Part shown: in pieces, positions 1 to 9,547 of the stretch | How the letters are laid out: every line of letters starts with the position of its first letter | Position numbering within the stretch: position 1 is the stretch's first letter | Assembly (NCBI GenBank): GCA_050293845.1 | Contig: JBNKNM010000082.1 | Coordinates: 1 to 21,701 of the forward strand | Reading direction: 5' to 3' | Source of the DNA: Pseudobacteriovorax sp. | GTDB taxonomy: Bacteria > Bdellovibrionota_B > Oligoflexia > Oligoflexales > Oligoflexaceae | DNA length: 21,701 nt | The notes under the pieces: model-generated | Database searches by the model: none | What the model saw: only the letters and a program-made list of their open reading frames with translations | What the model was told of the DNA's origin: nothing | Program-made: the position numbers and the translations under genes

Positions 1-1272
1 TTCATTTGCCGGGATTGCTTTTGTAAGCCGTTGTGAGACCATCTGAGCATTTTGGATCATTCCGGCAAGGGGATTGTTGATTTCATGAGCGATACCAGAA
101 ACTAAATGTTTTACTATGGATAATCTTTCTGAATAAATCTTTTTTTGTTTTGTAAACCTCATGTTTATGCGATTTATGAAGGTACCGAATTTGCTAAAAT
201 CTGATGTAATTGTATGGATAATCAAAAACAAAAAAATAACCATAAAAAGTATGGATATATTTTTCAATGCAAGTGCAGGTTGTAAGTTATTAACGATAGC
301 TGAAGAAACAGCAATAGTCATACAATAACTTGTTGCTAAATTTATAAAGCGGACACTTTTTTTGGAAAATGCAATCGTTTCGATGATGATGAAAAAGGCT
401 AATATGGAAAATTCTAAGGCAACTCGATAATAATAAAAATATGCTTCTCTTGTCACTAGCATTAGTGAAAACAGTAATAAAAAAGACACGCATAACTTAC
501 CATTAAATTTTGATTTTATATAGCCTAATCTATAGACAGAGTTGAATAGAATGTAACTTATGACGATAGAATATTGTGATAAGTTTTCTAAGTAAAACCA
601 ATTAATAGAATTTTGAATAAGATAAAATTTCCAGTTTGAAATGCAAAAAAAATAGAAAAAGCAAGTCATTGTTATCGCAATTAGGGGTACATAGTGCCTT
701 TGATAGCTGCCGTTGATAAAAAGAAAAGTCATAAATACTGCGAAAAACAAGCTTAAAATGCCAGGAATGATTGTTGTGCTTTCATTTATTATGAAAAATT
801 TCAGGACTTCATTTAGAGGTCCCAAATAGGGATATTCGAGTTTATTTCCTTTTGTATAAATATTTTCTACTTTGAGAAAAATGGTTTGTTCAGAATAATC
901 CTCCGCCAAGCGAACGAAACGCGGTAATATGCCTTCCAAATAACATAACATATCATGACTAAATGTACTGTCTATTAGTCGATTTTGGTTATCAACTATC
1001 TTAAAACAAAGATTGAGGTTTGGAAAGAAAATGAATTTATTGCCTTTGTATTTTGGTAGCTTAAAACTATACCAAACGAACTTACTGCCGTGAAAATCAA
1101 GGGGTGTATTTTCTACTCTAGTCCATTGATGTGAAGGTGGAGATAGGGAGTCAACGGTACTCATTGAAATGTTATCAATAATGCTTATATTTTTTGCACT
1201 TACCCTGGAAATAAAGCAAGGACCAATTGAAAAGAAAATCACTTGTAGTACAAATATGTTTATAGATTTCAT
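1..1272 (-). CDS. Membrane-bound sensor histidine kinase, partial (runs off left edge): extracellular domain + multi-TM region (7TM-DISM-like) + HisKA H-box
   Basis: Hand translation: ATG at 1272-1270, 424 codons with no stop down to base 1. MKSINIFVLQVIFFSIG leader, FVWYSFKLP, several hydrophobic helices, then LVSGIAHEINNPLAGMIQNAQ (phosphoacceptor His at 87-85). Absent from the ORF track because it has no stop in the window. Confidence 0.9.
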   Translation of the reverse strand, partial: MKSINIFVLQVIFFSIGPCFISRVSAKNISIIDNISMSTVDSLSPPSHQWTRVENTPLDFHGSKFVWYSFKLPKYKGNKFIFFPNLNLCFKIVDNQNRLIDSTFSHDMLCYLEGILPRFVRLAEDYSEQTIFLKVENIYTKGNKLEYPYLGPLNEVLKFFIINESTTIIPGILSLFFAVFMTFLFINGSYQRHYVPLIAITMTCFFYFFCISNWKFYLIQNSINWFYLENLSQYSIVISYILFNSVYRLGYIKSKFNGKLCVSFLLLFSLMLVTREAYFYYYRVALEFSILAFFIIIETIAFSKKSVRFINLATSYCMTIAVSSAIVNNLQPALALKNISILFMVIFLFLIIHTITSDFSKFGTFINRINMRFTKQKKIYSERLSIVKHLVSGIAHEINNPLAGMIQNAQMVSQRLTKAIPANE

Positions 1273-1421
1273 AGTATTTACAAAGTTACCTTTAGCCAAT
1301 AAAGTTTAATAAACTATTGTGTTATGGCTTCAGTTTATTCACTCATCGAACAGACTCAAAAAATGAACTTGATCATTTCGTTAGCAACAACTTAAGTATG
1401 ATTGAAGTGACTCTAATAAAG

Positions 1422-1436
1422 AACATATCATATGTT
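1422..1436. promoter_or_regulatory. 7-1-7 palindrome AACATAT-C-ATATGTT, candidate operator between divergent genes
   Basis: Perfect dyad seen directly in the kinase/kynB intergenic region; the AT-rich context lowers its significance. Confidence 0.3.
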
Positions 1437-1601
1437 TTGAAAAGTTTAGGTGTGTATCTAAAAGATAAACATTAAGTTTTTTTAATCGATGGAAATATGG
1501 TATTTTTCTTTGATTAATTTTATTAAATTTTAATACTTAGTTGTAAGCTAACACTAGAAAAAATTTTTAGAATATCAAATCTTTGCCTTTAAGGGAACCA
1601 T

Positions 1602-2240
1602 ATGATTTACGATATTTCTCCGATAATTTCAAAAGAAATTGCCGTGTGGCCAGGTGATGTTAACTTCAAACAAAGTTGGCAATTAAGGATCAATGAGGGA
1701 GCTAACATCGACCTTTCCAGTTTTGAAGCCACTGTTCATCTAGGAGCCCATGTAGATGCTCCTTCTCATTATTTGCATGGTGGTAAGAGTATCCATGAAT
1801 TAGAATTAAAAGACTATTGGGGCACTTGCACAGTTGTAGATGTGAGCCAAGGGGCTGGAGAAATAAACAGGAATGAGTTTATAGATCAGTTGAAGGGCAA
1901 GCATACAAGAGTATTATTTAAAACCTTATCATATCCAGATCCTACTAAATTTAACAAAGATTTCCGTTATTTTTCTCCAGATTCTGTAGAAGCTATGGCG
2001 AGTTTAGGTGTTAAGCTAATTGGTATTGATACGCCTTCATTTGATGCTTTTGATTCAAAGGAGTTGCTGTCTCATAAAGTCTTAGCAAAGCATGATATTA
2101 GAAACCTAGAAGGCATTGTTTTAGATCAAGTTCCTGTGGGAGAGTATGAGCTGGTTGCTTTACCTTTGAGGCTTAGAGGATTTGATGCTAGCCCTGTTAG
2201 GGCTCTGCTAAGAACTTTGCCTGTGCCTAGTGGGCCCTAA
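1602..2240 (+). CDS. kynB: Kynurenine formamidase / cyclase-family metal-dependent hydrolase
   Basis: HLGAHVDAPSH (HxGxHxDxPxH), WPGD, GIDTPS, LEG and DASPVRA motifs; 212 aa; AAGGGA RBS-like sequence upstream. Confidence 0.88.
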   Translation: MIYDISPIISKEIAVWPGDVNFKQSWQLRINEGANIDLSSFEATVHLGAHVDAPSHYLHGGKSIHELELKDYWGTCTVVDVSQGAGEINRNEFIDQLKGKHTRVLFKTLSYPDPTKFNKDFRYFSPDSVEAMASLGVKLIGIDTPSFDAFDSKELLSHKVLAKHDIRNLEGIVLDQVPVGEYELVALPLRLRGFDASPVRALLRTLPVPSGP

Positions 2241-3945
2241 GATCTGGGTTTCGTATGAGAATATGAAAATTTTCACTTGCCTTGTTTCCTACACGGTCTA
2301 AAGATTCCACAAATATGTTATAGGTCCCTTCTTTTTTTAAAGGAATCCAAGCATCCTTCAACATAATCATATCTTCCTTATTTATCCGGTAACTAATCTT
2401 CGAAACACCAGAATGATCATCAGTTGCTGAAACAAATACCATCGTATTAGTAGGAAAAATTTTGTATTCTTTGCTATTCATATCAATTTTACCTATTGAA
2501 CTGTTACTGAATCGTGCAAAAATTTTGGGCATTTGGGAATCATTAAAAATCTTAAGTTTTTTGGGGGTACTACGATTCTCTACCTGATCTACAGCATAAC
2601 TGGATAATTCCAGTGGACCAAGCTTTGTAAATCTAAGAGGGTTTCTATAATGATGAGCTTCATTGCTGTCAATTTGATATATTGTACTCTTTACACCTGA
2701 TAAATCATCATGGGCACTGAGTGAGAAGAGGGTTTTTGGGGACACATAATTGATTTGGCCAATCTTATAATAGGGTCCAGTAAACTGTACTGCTACGGAA
2801 GGTGGAACTTTATCTAGAGTTAAGTGTTGAAACATCAGTGTGGTTGCATTTCCTACTTTATCACTAGCTCTTATCTCTAGAGGAATAACCCCTGATATGG
2901 CTGGAGGACTAAGGGGAGAATCATAGTTCTTATATGGTTTGTTTGCTATTTGAACTTCTACCTTATTGACGCCAGATTTATTATCTTTACTTTCAACTAT
3001 TATTTTCGATTGAGGTGACAAGAATGTTGTCTTATCAGCTTTGAACTTGTTACCAGTAATACTAATTCCTAGTTGAGGAGGTTCTTGATCGATAAATACA
3101 TTTAGGATTTGCTCTTTTTCGCGATTTCCCACTTTATCTACTGCGAATACCTTTAATTGGTAGTCACCTTGTTTCAGGCCATTCATACGAATCGGTTTAC
3201 CATTATACTCCCCACTTCTCAGGGAAATATCGTTTTGTTGTAGCCGATATACAGTTTTAGAAAGTCCTGCGATTCTATCAAATGAGTTTACAGTTGCTAA
3301 TGTTTTCGTAGAAGCTATCCATGATGAATCTATTTCTATTGCATTGGTTAGTAATATTTTAGTATTGGGGGGTGTCGCATCAATGGTTATGATTTCTCGT
3401 TTGATAGGAGATGTGTTACCTACATTATCTCTCGCAAAAATACTGATATCATTAACCCCTTCTTTCAATGAAGTTATGGGGTTTGTATATACTTGGAAAG
3501 ATTTATTATTTATCTTATAGTAAAGAGCATCGACACCTGAATCTCGATCAGTTGCTATGATGCCTAGTTTTAACCCAGGGCCAAAAACCTTGTAATTGTT
3601 TGATTTTATTCCATTACTGGATACTGTGACCGATAGGTGTGGGGGTAAAGCATCTACAAAAAAGGGAAGCTTGTAAGTTTTACCACCATCATCAAGAGTT
3701 AGATAATGTGCTCCATGCTTTCTTAAGTAGAGCTTTTCTTTAATGCCTTTGTTTGTTTGCGACAAAGGAACAAACTTTGAGGAGATGCCTTGCATAAAAA
3801 AGGACAAAGGGAGTGACGGGTGGGTAAAGATTCCTTTTTGTGCATGAACGCTTATTTTAGGCTGATCCTTTTGATAGATATTCTGATTGGAGAATGCTTG
3901 CGATATTCCCCCTAGACTTAAAAGTAAGAATAAACTAAATCTCAT
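2227..3945 (-). CDS. Secreted protein with five OmpL47-type/Ig-like beta repeats
   Basis: Start moved to ATG 3945 (GAGGT RBS, signal peptide MRFSLFLLLSLGGISQAFS). Five ~95-aa repeats: ATDRDSGV/SFDRIAGL/SKDNKSGV/AHDDLSGV/ATDDHSGV, each followed by A/SxDxV(G/E)N. Confidence 0.8.
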   Translation of the reverse strand: MRFSLFLLLSLGGISQAFSNQNIYQKDQPKISVHAQKGIFTHPSLPLSFFMQGISSKFVPLSQTNKGIKEKLYLRKHGAHYLTLDDGGKTYKLPFFVDALPPHLSVTVSSNGIKSNNYKVFGPGLKLGIIATDRDSGVDALYYKINNKSFQVYTNPITSLKEGVNDISIFARDNVGNTSPIKREIITIDATPPNTKILLTNAIEIDSSWIASTKTLATVNSFDRIAGLSKTVYRLQQNDISLRSGEYNGKPIRMNGLKQGDYQLKVFAVDKVGNREKEQILNVFIDQEPPQLGISITGNKFKADKTTFLSPQSKIIVESKDNKSGVNKVEVQIANKPYKNYDSPLSPPAISGVIPLEIRASDKVGNATTLMFQHLTLDKVPPSVAVQFTGPYYKIGQINYVSPKTLFSLSAHDDLSGVKSTIYQIDSNEAHHYRNPLRFTKLGPLELSSYAVDQVENRSTPKKLKIFNDSQMPKIFARFSNSSIGKIDMNSKEYKIFPTNTMVFVSATDDHSGVSKISYRINKEDMIMLKDAWIPLKKEGTYNIFVESLDRVGNKASENFHILIRNPDLRAH

Positions 3946-4240
3946 CTTCTTAACCTCAACAGTTAGCTGATTGTGATTCGTCGTAAAAACCAAGCCCTTT
4001 AGTCACCTTCGTTTGTTTTTGTAAAAATGAAATATATAGTTTTATATTTTTAGGGTATTAGCGAATCTTGTCTCGACAGACTTTAAGGAAGTTTTTAGAC
4101 GTTTTGTCTATTAGGAATAAAAAATAAACCAAATTAATAATTACTAAAGGTCACAGGCTTTAGAATATGGGACAATCTATGAGTTTGTAATTTATTGAAT
4201 TAAGACTCTTATTTAGATAGTTTTCCTTGTAAGTAAGGTA

Positions 4241-4269
4241 GGAACACTACGAGTTAAACCTGAGTCAAC
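4241..4269 (+). promoter_or_regulatory. Putative sigma-E/ECF promoter GGAACAC-N16-GTCAAC
   Basis: Matches the RpoE-type consensus GGAACtt-N16-GTCnAA with exact spacing; lies about 65 nt upstream of the 4336 ORF. Confidence 0.5.
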
Positions 4270-4335
4270 TGTCAGCTAAGTTATCACCGGAGGATTGCCG
4301 AGGGGGGGGTGTTGGAAATTTTGAAGGAGCTTCTT

Positions 4336-4539
4336 ATGAACACCATGATAGAAAAAGTTAAATCTACCATTAATCGAGTAGATGTTACAGGAAAGTCAAA
4401 TAAAGGGTTATTTTCTTTTGATAGCGAACTAAATGCCTGGGTAAGAGTTGATGCGAACCTAGACAAAAATAACAGGATCAATGTTGACGAGCTAGTGCTC
4501 ACAGACAAAGAACAATCTGATCTGTGGTATGCCTGGTAA
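4336..4539 (+). CDS. Small hypothetical protein (67 aa)
   Basis: AAGGAG RBS 6 nt before ATG 4336; co-oriented with the downstream genes; no recognised domain; ends DLWYAW. Confidence 0.65.
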   Translation: MNTMIEKVKSTINRVDVTGKSNKGLFSFDSELNAWVRVDANLDKNNRINVDELVLTDKEQSDLWYAW

Positions 4540-4635
4540 CTGTTCCCATAAATTATTATGAAAGCACTTTACTTGCCTGCTGTGAAAGATTATTTTTATC
4601 AGATAGCAATCACTATAATGGCAAGGAAAAGATCT

Positions 4636-5076
4636 ATGAGAAGTACTTTATTACAGTATAGTGCAATTATTACAGCTTTGTTAATATCAAATATTGCAGT
4701 TGCTGGTATTTTAGCAAGTGGAACCATCGAGCTTAAAAAAGATTCTGTGTTAGTGAGTAAAGCTAAAGGAATAAGAACTCTTTTTGTGGTTATTTATGAT
4801 TTAAAAAGCAAAAGACCTATGCCGTATGGTGCTGTGAAGTATGATCTTAAAACCGATGCGAAGGGTGTCTTCCATAAGTTTGAACTAACCACTGAAAATG
4901 TAAAACAGATGGGGGGGATGATGGGGTCATCGGTTCCGACTGAACTGCGCATTAAGGCCAGGCTTGATAAAGATGGGTCCGGCGGTAGGGACCGACCGGG
5001 TGATATAGTGGGAGAAATCAAATCGGTCAAAGCTGGTAGCAAAAATCTTAAGATTGTTCTGTCAACATTGAAGTGA
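4636..5076 (+). CDS. Exported protein resembling the CcmI/CycH C-terminal Ig-like domain (stand-alone)
   Basis: Start moved to ATG 4636 (AAGGA RBS, signal peptide ending AVA). Motif order TLFV..PMPYGAVK..FELT..M..IKARLDKDG..PGDIVG matches that domain as recalled. Confidence 0.68.
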   Translation: MRSTLLQYSAIITALLISNIAVAGILASGTIELKKDSVLVSKAKGIRTLFVVIYDLKSKRPMPYGAVKYDLKTDAKGVFHKFELTTENVKQMGGMMGSSVPTELRIKARLDKDGSGGRDRPGDIVGEIKSVKAGSKNLKIVLSTLK

Positions 5077-5219
5077 GTAGTTTCGAGGGGGCTCTTGTAT
5101 CTGCTGAAGATCATTTTGAAATTCAGCAACTATGAGAATTTTCTGTATCATTCAGATAGAAAAACTCATAAAGAGAACCCTGGTAGTCATGAGCGTGATA
5201 AATACAGGGAAGCCAAGTT

Positions 5220-5606
5220 ATGTCTCTTGATGCTATTGGCATTGTTTGTCGGGATTTAAATAAAACAAAGCTATTCTATGAGCTATTGAATCTTAAATTT
5301 AGCCCTGTTGGAGGGAGCGATCATTGGGAAGCTGTTCTACCTTCCGGTATGCGTCTTATGCTAGACACCGAAGAGTTGGTTAAGAAGCTTAATTCAGATT
5401 GGCAGAGGCCGACAGGCTCAGGTCTTGTGTTATGCTTCAAGCAAGATAATGCTGATGCTGTTAATCAGCTATTTGATAAGCTATGCGACTTAGAGGCTAA
5501 GGTATATAAAAAGCCTTGGGATGCCTTTTGGGGGCAGCGATATGCCTCAATTTTGGACCCTAATGGCAATCAGATCGATATTTTCGCAGATTTAGATAAG
5601 AATTGA
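5220..5606 (+). CDS. VOC/glyoxalase/bleomycin-resistance family protein
   Basis: IGIVCRDL..FYE..L N-terminus; PWDAFWGQRYA..DPNGN.ID C-terminus; 128 aa. Confidence 0.92.
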   Translation: MSLDAIGIVCRDLNKTKLFYELLNLKFSPVGGSDHWEAVLPSGMRLMLDTEELVKKLNSDWQRPTGSGLVLCFKQDNADAVNQLFDKLCDLEAKVYKKPWDAFWGQRYASILDPNGNQIDIFADLDKN

Positions 5607-5653
5607 GGGGGTAGGGGAGTTTATACCCAAAACCTTCGATTTAATTTTCTAAA

Positions 5654-5674
5654 CTAGTATGCCCAGGGTACTAG
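5654..5674. terminator. Possible terminator hairpin between convergent genes
   Basis: CTAGTA...TACTAG stem located between the stops at 5606 and 5686; weak U tract. Confidence 0.3.
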
Positions 5675-5685
5675 GTATACATCGA

Positions 5686-6633
5686 TCATGATTTTATGGC
5701 GTGAATGTCAGATATAGTCCAACTAAAATTACTATCGAAGCTGGTTATGGCATTATCTGGTAGTGTGAGGTAAAGAGAACCTCGATAAAAGCTCAAGTCG
5801 GATTGAGATAATAGGTCTGTTCTCGATTTTCCATGTTTGTTTACTGATACTATTATGGTTTTCTCCCAATTTAAAAAGTAGTGCTGCCAAAATTGTGAGT
5901 GAGGATGGTTTTTCAGAGAAAAAGATTCCGTTGATAAATAATACAGTCTATCATTATGGCGTGGAAACCATAAAGTTTTTGAGTGGGTTTTCAACCTTGT
6001 CTTACCCATAAGGTGCTCTATAAATGGCTTAAAATCTCCGTGACTTTCTACAAAAGCGATATGACAGCCATTAGGACTTTCCTTTTGAATGAGATTTTTG
6101 AAAAAAGTACGTACAACATCTCCTATAGGCATATAAAAAAAATACCATTGGTCTTTTACCATGGGGAGTGGGGACTCGCAAAGGTCTTGGCGAGCGATGG
6201 TATTGCGAAAAAATTGACCTGACTTTGCGAAGAACTGACGAGCTGGTAAAATGCGGGAAGATAGGTATTCATAGCCATGGTAGATGTGAGGAGAGTTCAA
6301 AAGGCTGTTAACTAATCCAATACGCCCATAACCAGCTCCCATGTCATGGATAGTGATAGGACGAGGTAAGGCAGTCAAAATGCGATAGATGTCGAGGTAA
6401 CTACTGTTGAGTGCTGCTGATGATAAGCCATTACAATATAGCTCTTGCCCTTCCTTTTTCGGCGAATTTTCACTTTCTGAGCGAGCGTAGTCTATTCCAA
6501 ATAATGTATCTAATAATGCCTCTTTTTTTTGCAGCCAGGCCTCGTCTAAATGAATCCTTTTATTAAGCATTTGGTTAACGCTATCCTTATAGTGCATTAA
6601 AAATTTCAGGATCTTTCCTCGGTCAACTTCCAC
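5686..6633 (-). CDS. Class I SAM-dependent methyltransferase-like protein, substrate unknown
   Basis: IHDMGAGYGRIG motif I, YHGYE (acidic end of strand 2), FFYMP; AAGGA RBS before the GTG start. Confidence 0.68.
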   Translation of the reverse strand: MEVDRGKILKFLMHYKDSVNQMLNKRIHLDEAWLQKKEALLDTLFGIDYARSESENSPKKEGQELYCNGLSSAALNSSYLDIYRILTALPRPITIHDMGAGYGRIGLVNSLLNSPHIYHGYEYLSSRILPARQFFAKSGQFFRNTIARQDLCESPLPMVKDQWYFFYMPIGDVVRTFFKNLIQKESPNGCHIAFVESHGDFKPFIEHLMGKTRLKTHSKTLWFPRHNDRLYYLSTESFSLKNHPHSQFWQHYFLNWEKTIIVSVNKHGKSRTDLLSQSDLSFYRGSLYLTLPDNAITSFDSNFSWTISDIHAIKS

Positions 6634-6815
6634 TATGTGTCCTTTATGAATAAAAAGAATATGAGAGAATACAGGAATGGTCCCTCTTAGGAAATATCAT
6701 ATAAATGCTATGTGAAAACTTGCTCCTTATTTTCAGTTTTGACAGAAAAAAACGAATCAAGGCTGTAATCATTCGTACCTATTGAGTACTATAAAAATAG
6801 TTGTTGTCATAATAG

Positions 6816-8825
6816 GTGGGCATTGGTGTGAATTTCCAGAATTTCTCTATTCTCATACTTCTTTTTTATCTATCTGACGGGAGCTTTGGCCAGGAAGGAC
6901 AGCCCCATACTGATAGTGATGCACCTGATGAGATGGAAAGGATACAAGTTACAGGCTCTAGAATACAAAAAACAAACGCGGATGAAGTATCTCGGATTGA
7001 AATATCGAGAGAGGAAGCGGAACTAGTGGCGCCTAATGGTGATGTTGCACAAGTGCCAAAGCTTTTTCCAGGTACTTTGGCGAAACCCCAGGATTCAGAA
7101 GTTTCCATCAGAGGCTCCAGCAAAGATGACGCTTTATATTATATAGATGATTTGCAAGCCCCTGATTTATTTGAACCTATTAGCGGTACTTCCATTGTTC
7201 CTACGCGAGCCATTTCATCCCTGACATATTATCCTGGGAATTTTGATGCTGAGTATGGTAACTCTACGGCTGGGGTTATAAAGCTAGAAACCCGAGGGGG
7301 AGACATCATTAAGCCCTATTCAGAATTTAGGCTGAATGTTCCAATTTATTTCTCAGCATACAATGAGCAAGAATTAAGCGAAGATTCAACAATGATACTC
7401 TCTCTAAGAAAATCTACTCTTGAACCAGTTGTTAAGGCATTTGTGCAAGAGGATGGGCAAGTGCTACTACCCTATTTTCAAGATGCTTATCTTCAACACT
7501 ACATTGCTGGTGATGATTACAGTGTCAAGACAAGATTTATCCATAGTTTGAGCGGAGCTGAAGTTAAGGTTTACAGTAATCGATCAACAGAAACAGATGG
7601 CACTTCAGAATTTAACTTTGAAAGAAGTTTTAATCTATTAGGGGCTGATATTGAGCTGGGCTGGTGGGATCTAAATATTGAAATCGATCCATATCTGACA
7701 ACATCTTCTAGTGAATTTACTTTTAATGATATCTTTTTTAAGCTTAGCGTTGATTCACTGACGGTTCCAGTGCGTAAGCAAGTTGAAGTGGCTAGGAACC
7801 TGAATATATTTTTAGGATTCGAAACAGAGTTTGTTAATTTTGAGCTTGATGCTCTTATACCTGACAGAACTGAGCAAAGCGAGTTTAATGACCCTGAAAA
7901 TTCTCAAAAAATTAATCTAGATGTTTCAGGAAAACTACAGTCAAAGGCTATTTGGGGATCTGTTGAATATGGTTGGGGAGGACTGCTTTTAACCCCTAGT
8001 ATAAGAGTATATTCTCAATCCAATAACAAAAAAAATGGTTTTGATCCTAGATTCGGGGCGCGATGGCGACTTGATCGCAATAATACGTTTAAGTTGGGAA
8101 TAGGACAGTATACATCCTCTCCGAAACCCGAGGAGCTATCTTCTGAGTATGGTAATCCTGAGCTACTTTGGATTCGATCATTGCATTATACCTTAGGTTG
8201 GGAAACGGCTGTCTTGAGCAACTGGATGAGCGATCTGCAGCTCTTTTATAAAAAGTGGCGTGATGACGTGAGGAATAGTACAGATGAAAGATTTAGATCG
8301 GATACTACTCGTCGGGCAAAAGGATTGGAGTGGTTTTTCAGATATGCGGATGGTGGACCTTGGTTTGGATGGCTTTCCTACACCCTTTCGGACGTCAGGG
8401 AAAATAGAGGTAGAAATTCGAAGGAAATATTCAGCGAAAATCATTCACCCCATGTGATGCACGTTGTTGCCAATTATAAATTGAGTGATACTTTACAAAT
8501 AGGGGGACGCTTTAAGCACCAGACAGGATATGTCTATACTCCTATTGATAAAGTTTGGTATTATACGAACACGGATACGTATCAACCCATAGAAGATCCG
8601 GAAAAAATCAATTCAAAGCGCGTCCCTGATTTGACTTCTATTTCAATGTTTATTCAAAAGGAGTGGAAATATACCAGTTGGAATTTGGTTTCGCGATTTG
8701 GGTTGGAGGAATACCAGTTTAGAAAATCGTCTCCTAATATTGAATACAATTATGATTATTCAAAAAAGGAATATACAGCGGGATTACCAGTTATTCCTTA
8801 TATAGAGCTAAGGGCTATATTATGA
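6816..8825 (+). CDS. TonB-dependent receptor (plug + beta-barrel)
   Basis: Signal peptide, ERIQVTGSR TonB-box-like segment, plug motifs IRGS..YYIDD and PGNFDAEYGNSTAGVI, DPRFGARW, FGWLSYT, C-terminal GLPVIPYIELRAIL. Start may instead be GTG 6828. Confidence 0.9.
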   Translation: MGIGVNFQNFSILILLFYLSDGSFGQEGQPHTDSDAPDEMERIQVTGSRIQKTNADEVSRIEISREEAELVAPNGDVAQVPKLFPGTLAKPQDSEVSIRGSSKDDALYYIDDLQAPDLFEPISGTSIVPTRAISSLTYYPGNFDAEYGNSTAGVIKLETRGGDIIKPYSEFRLNVPIYFSAYNEQELSEDSTMILSLRKSTLEPVVKAFVQEDGQVLLPYFQDAYLQHYIAGDDYSVKTRFIHSLSGAEVKVYSNRSTETDGTSEFNFERSFNLLGADIELGWWDLNIEIDPYLTTSSSEFTFNDIFFKLSVDSLTVPVRKQVEVARNLNIFLGFETEFVNFELDALIPDRTEQSEFNDPENSQKINLDVSGKLQSKAIWGSVEYGWGGLLLTPSIRVYSQSNNKKNGFDPRFGARWRLDRNNTFKLGIGQYTSSPKPEELSSEYGNPELLWIRSLHYTLGWETAVLSNWMSDLQLFYKKWRDDVRNSTDERFRSDTTRRAKGLEWFFRYADGGPWFGWLSYTLSDVRENRGRNSKEIFSENHSPHVMHVVANYKLSDTLQIGGRFKHQTGYVYTPIDKVWYYTNTDTYQPIEDPEKINSKRVPDLTSISMFIQKEWKYTSWNLVSRFGLEEYQFRKSSPNIEYNYDYSKKEYTAGLPVIPYIELRAIL

Positions 8826-9547
8826 AATTTATACAAGCATCGACAATTTTATTTTTATGTTCTTGTAGTAATCTTGAAGATTTACCAGAGAGAGTTGATA
8901 GGTTAAGAGCCATTGGAGTGGCTGCCGATCAGCCAGTCTATAAAGCCAGCTCCGAAGATTCTCAACAATCAGGGACGTTAACATTCTATTTGGCTTCTCC
9001 TTCTGACATTCCCTTGGAAGTGGAAGCTCTTGAACTTGAATCTGAACAGTTAGAGTTGAAGAATGTGGCCGTAAATGATATCAAAAAGTATGCTGAAATG
9101 AACATTTTGTCAGTTAGTGCTGCGTTTGATATTCCTCAGGAAAGTTCACTTGTTTTTTTTCCTTTAGGTTATAGTTCATTAGAATATGCCATTAGATTTT
9201 CTCAAGAAAGCGATGAGGAAAGATTACGAGGAAAGGTGAAAATTTATCCTGTCAATAATACTCCCGATATAGAACAAAGCGTTCAGATACAAATCACTTA
9301 CCCTAACAAAGATGATGGTATTGATCCCGGAAAAACTGATTTGAAGGCTGAATTAAGTAATACTACTGATGAACATTATCGTATAAGTTGGTTGGTAGCT
9401 GATGGTAAAATCGAAAAAATAAGATCCATTGAGACTGAATGGGAAGAATACTCAGGTGATCGCAAGACAATTATTGCCACCGTCAGAGGTTTAGAAAGCT
9501 TGAATTTCCACTATCATGCTATTGATATTAATCTCAAAGCTGATTAG
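8822..9547 (+). CDS. Lipoprotein translationally coupled to the TonB-dependent receptor
   Basis: ATGA overlap with the receptor stop; short signal peptide with lipobox-like FLCSC; RVDRLRAIGVAADQP resembles the N-terminus of myxobacterial receptor-partner lipoproteins. Confidence 0.75.
   Translation: MKFIQASTILFLCSCSNLEDLPERVDRLRAIGVAADQPVYKASSEDSQQSGTLTFYLASPSDIPLEVEALELESEQLELKNVAVNDIKKYAEMNILSVSAAFDIPQESSLVFFPLGYSSLEYAIRFSQESDEERLRGKVKIYPVNNTPDIEQSVQIQITYPNKDDGIDPGKTDLKAELSNTTDEHYRISWLVADGKIEKIRSIETEWEEYSGDRKTIIATVRGLESLNFHYHAIDINLKAD

Noticed and set aside
290..493. 67-aa ORF from the track
   Set aside because: Out-of-frame shadow inside the histidine kinase gene.
1343..1372. Possible FliA promoter for the kinase (TCAAG...TTCGATGA)
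   Set aside because: The spacer is 3 nt too long and the -10 match is poor.
2227..2240. 14-bp convergent gene overlaps here and at 9534-9547
   Set aside because: Short tail-to-tail overlaps are common in compact genomes; the equal length is probably coincidence.
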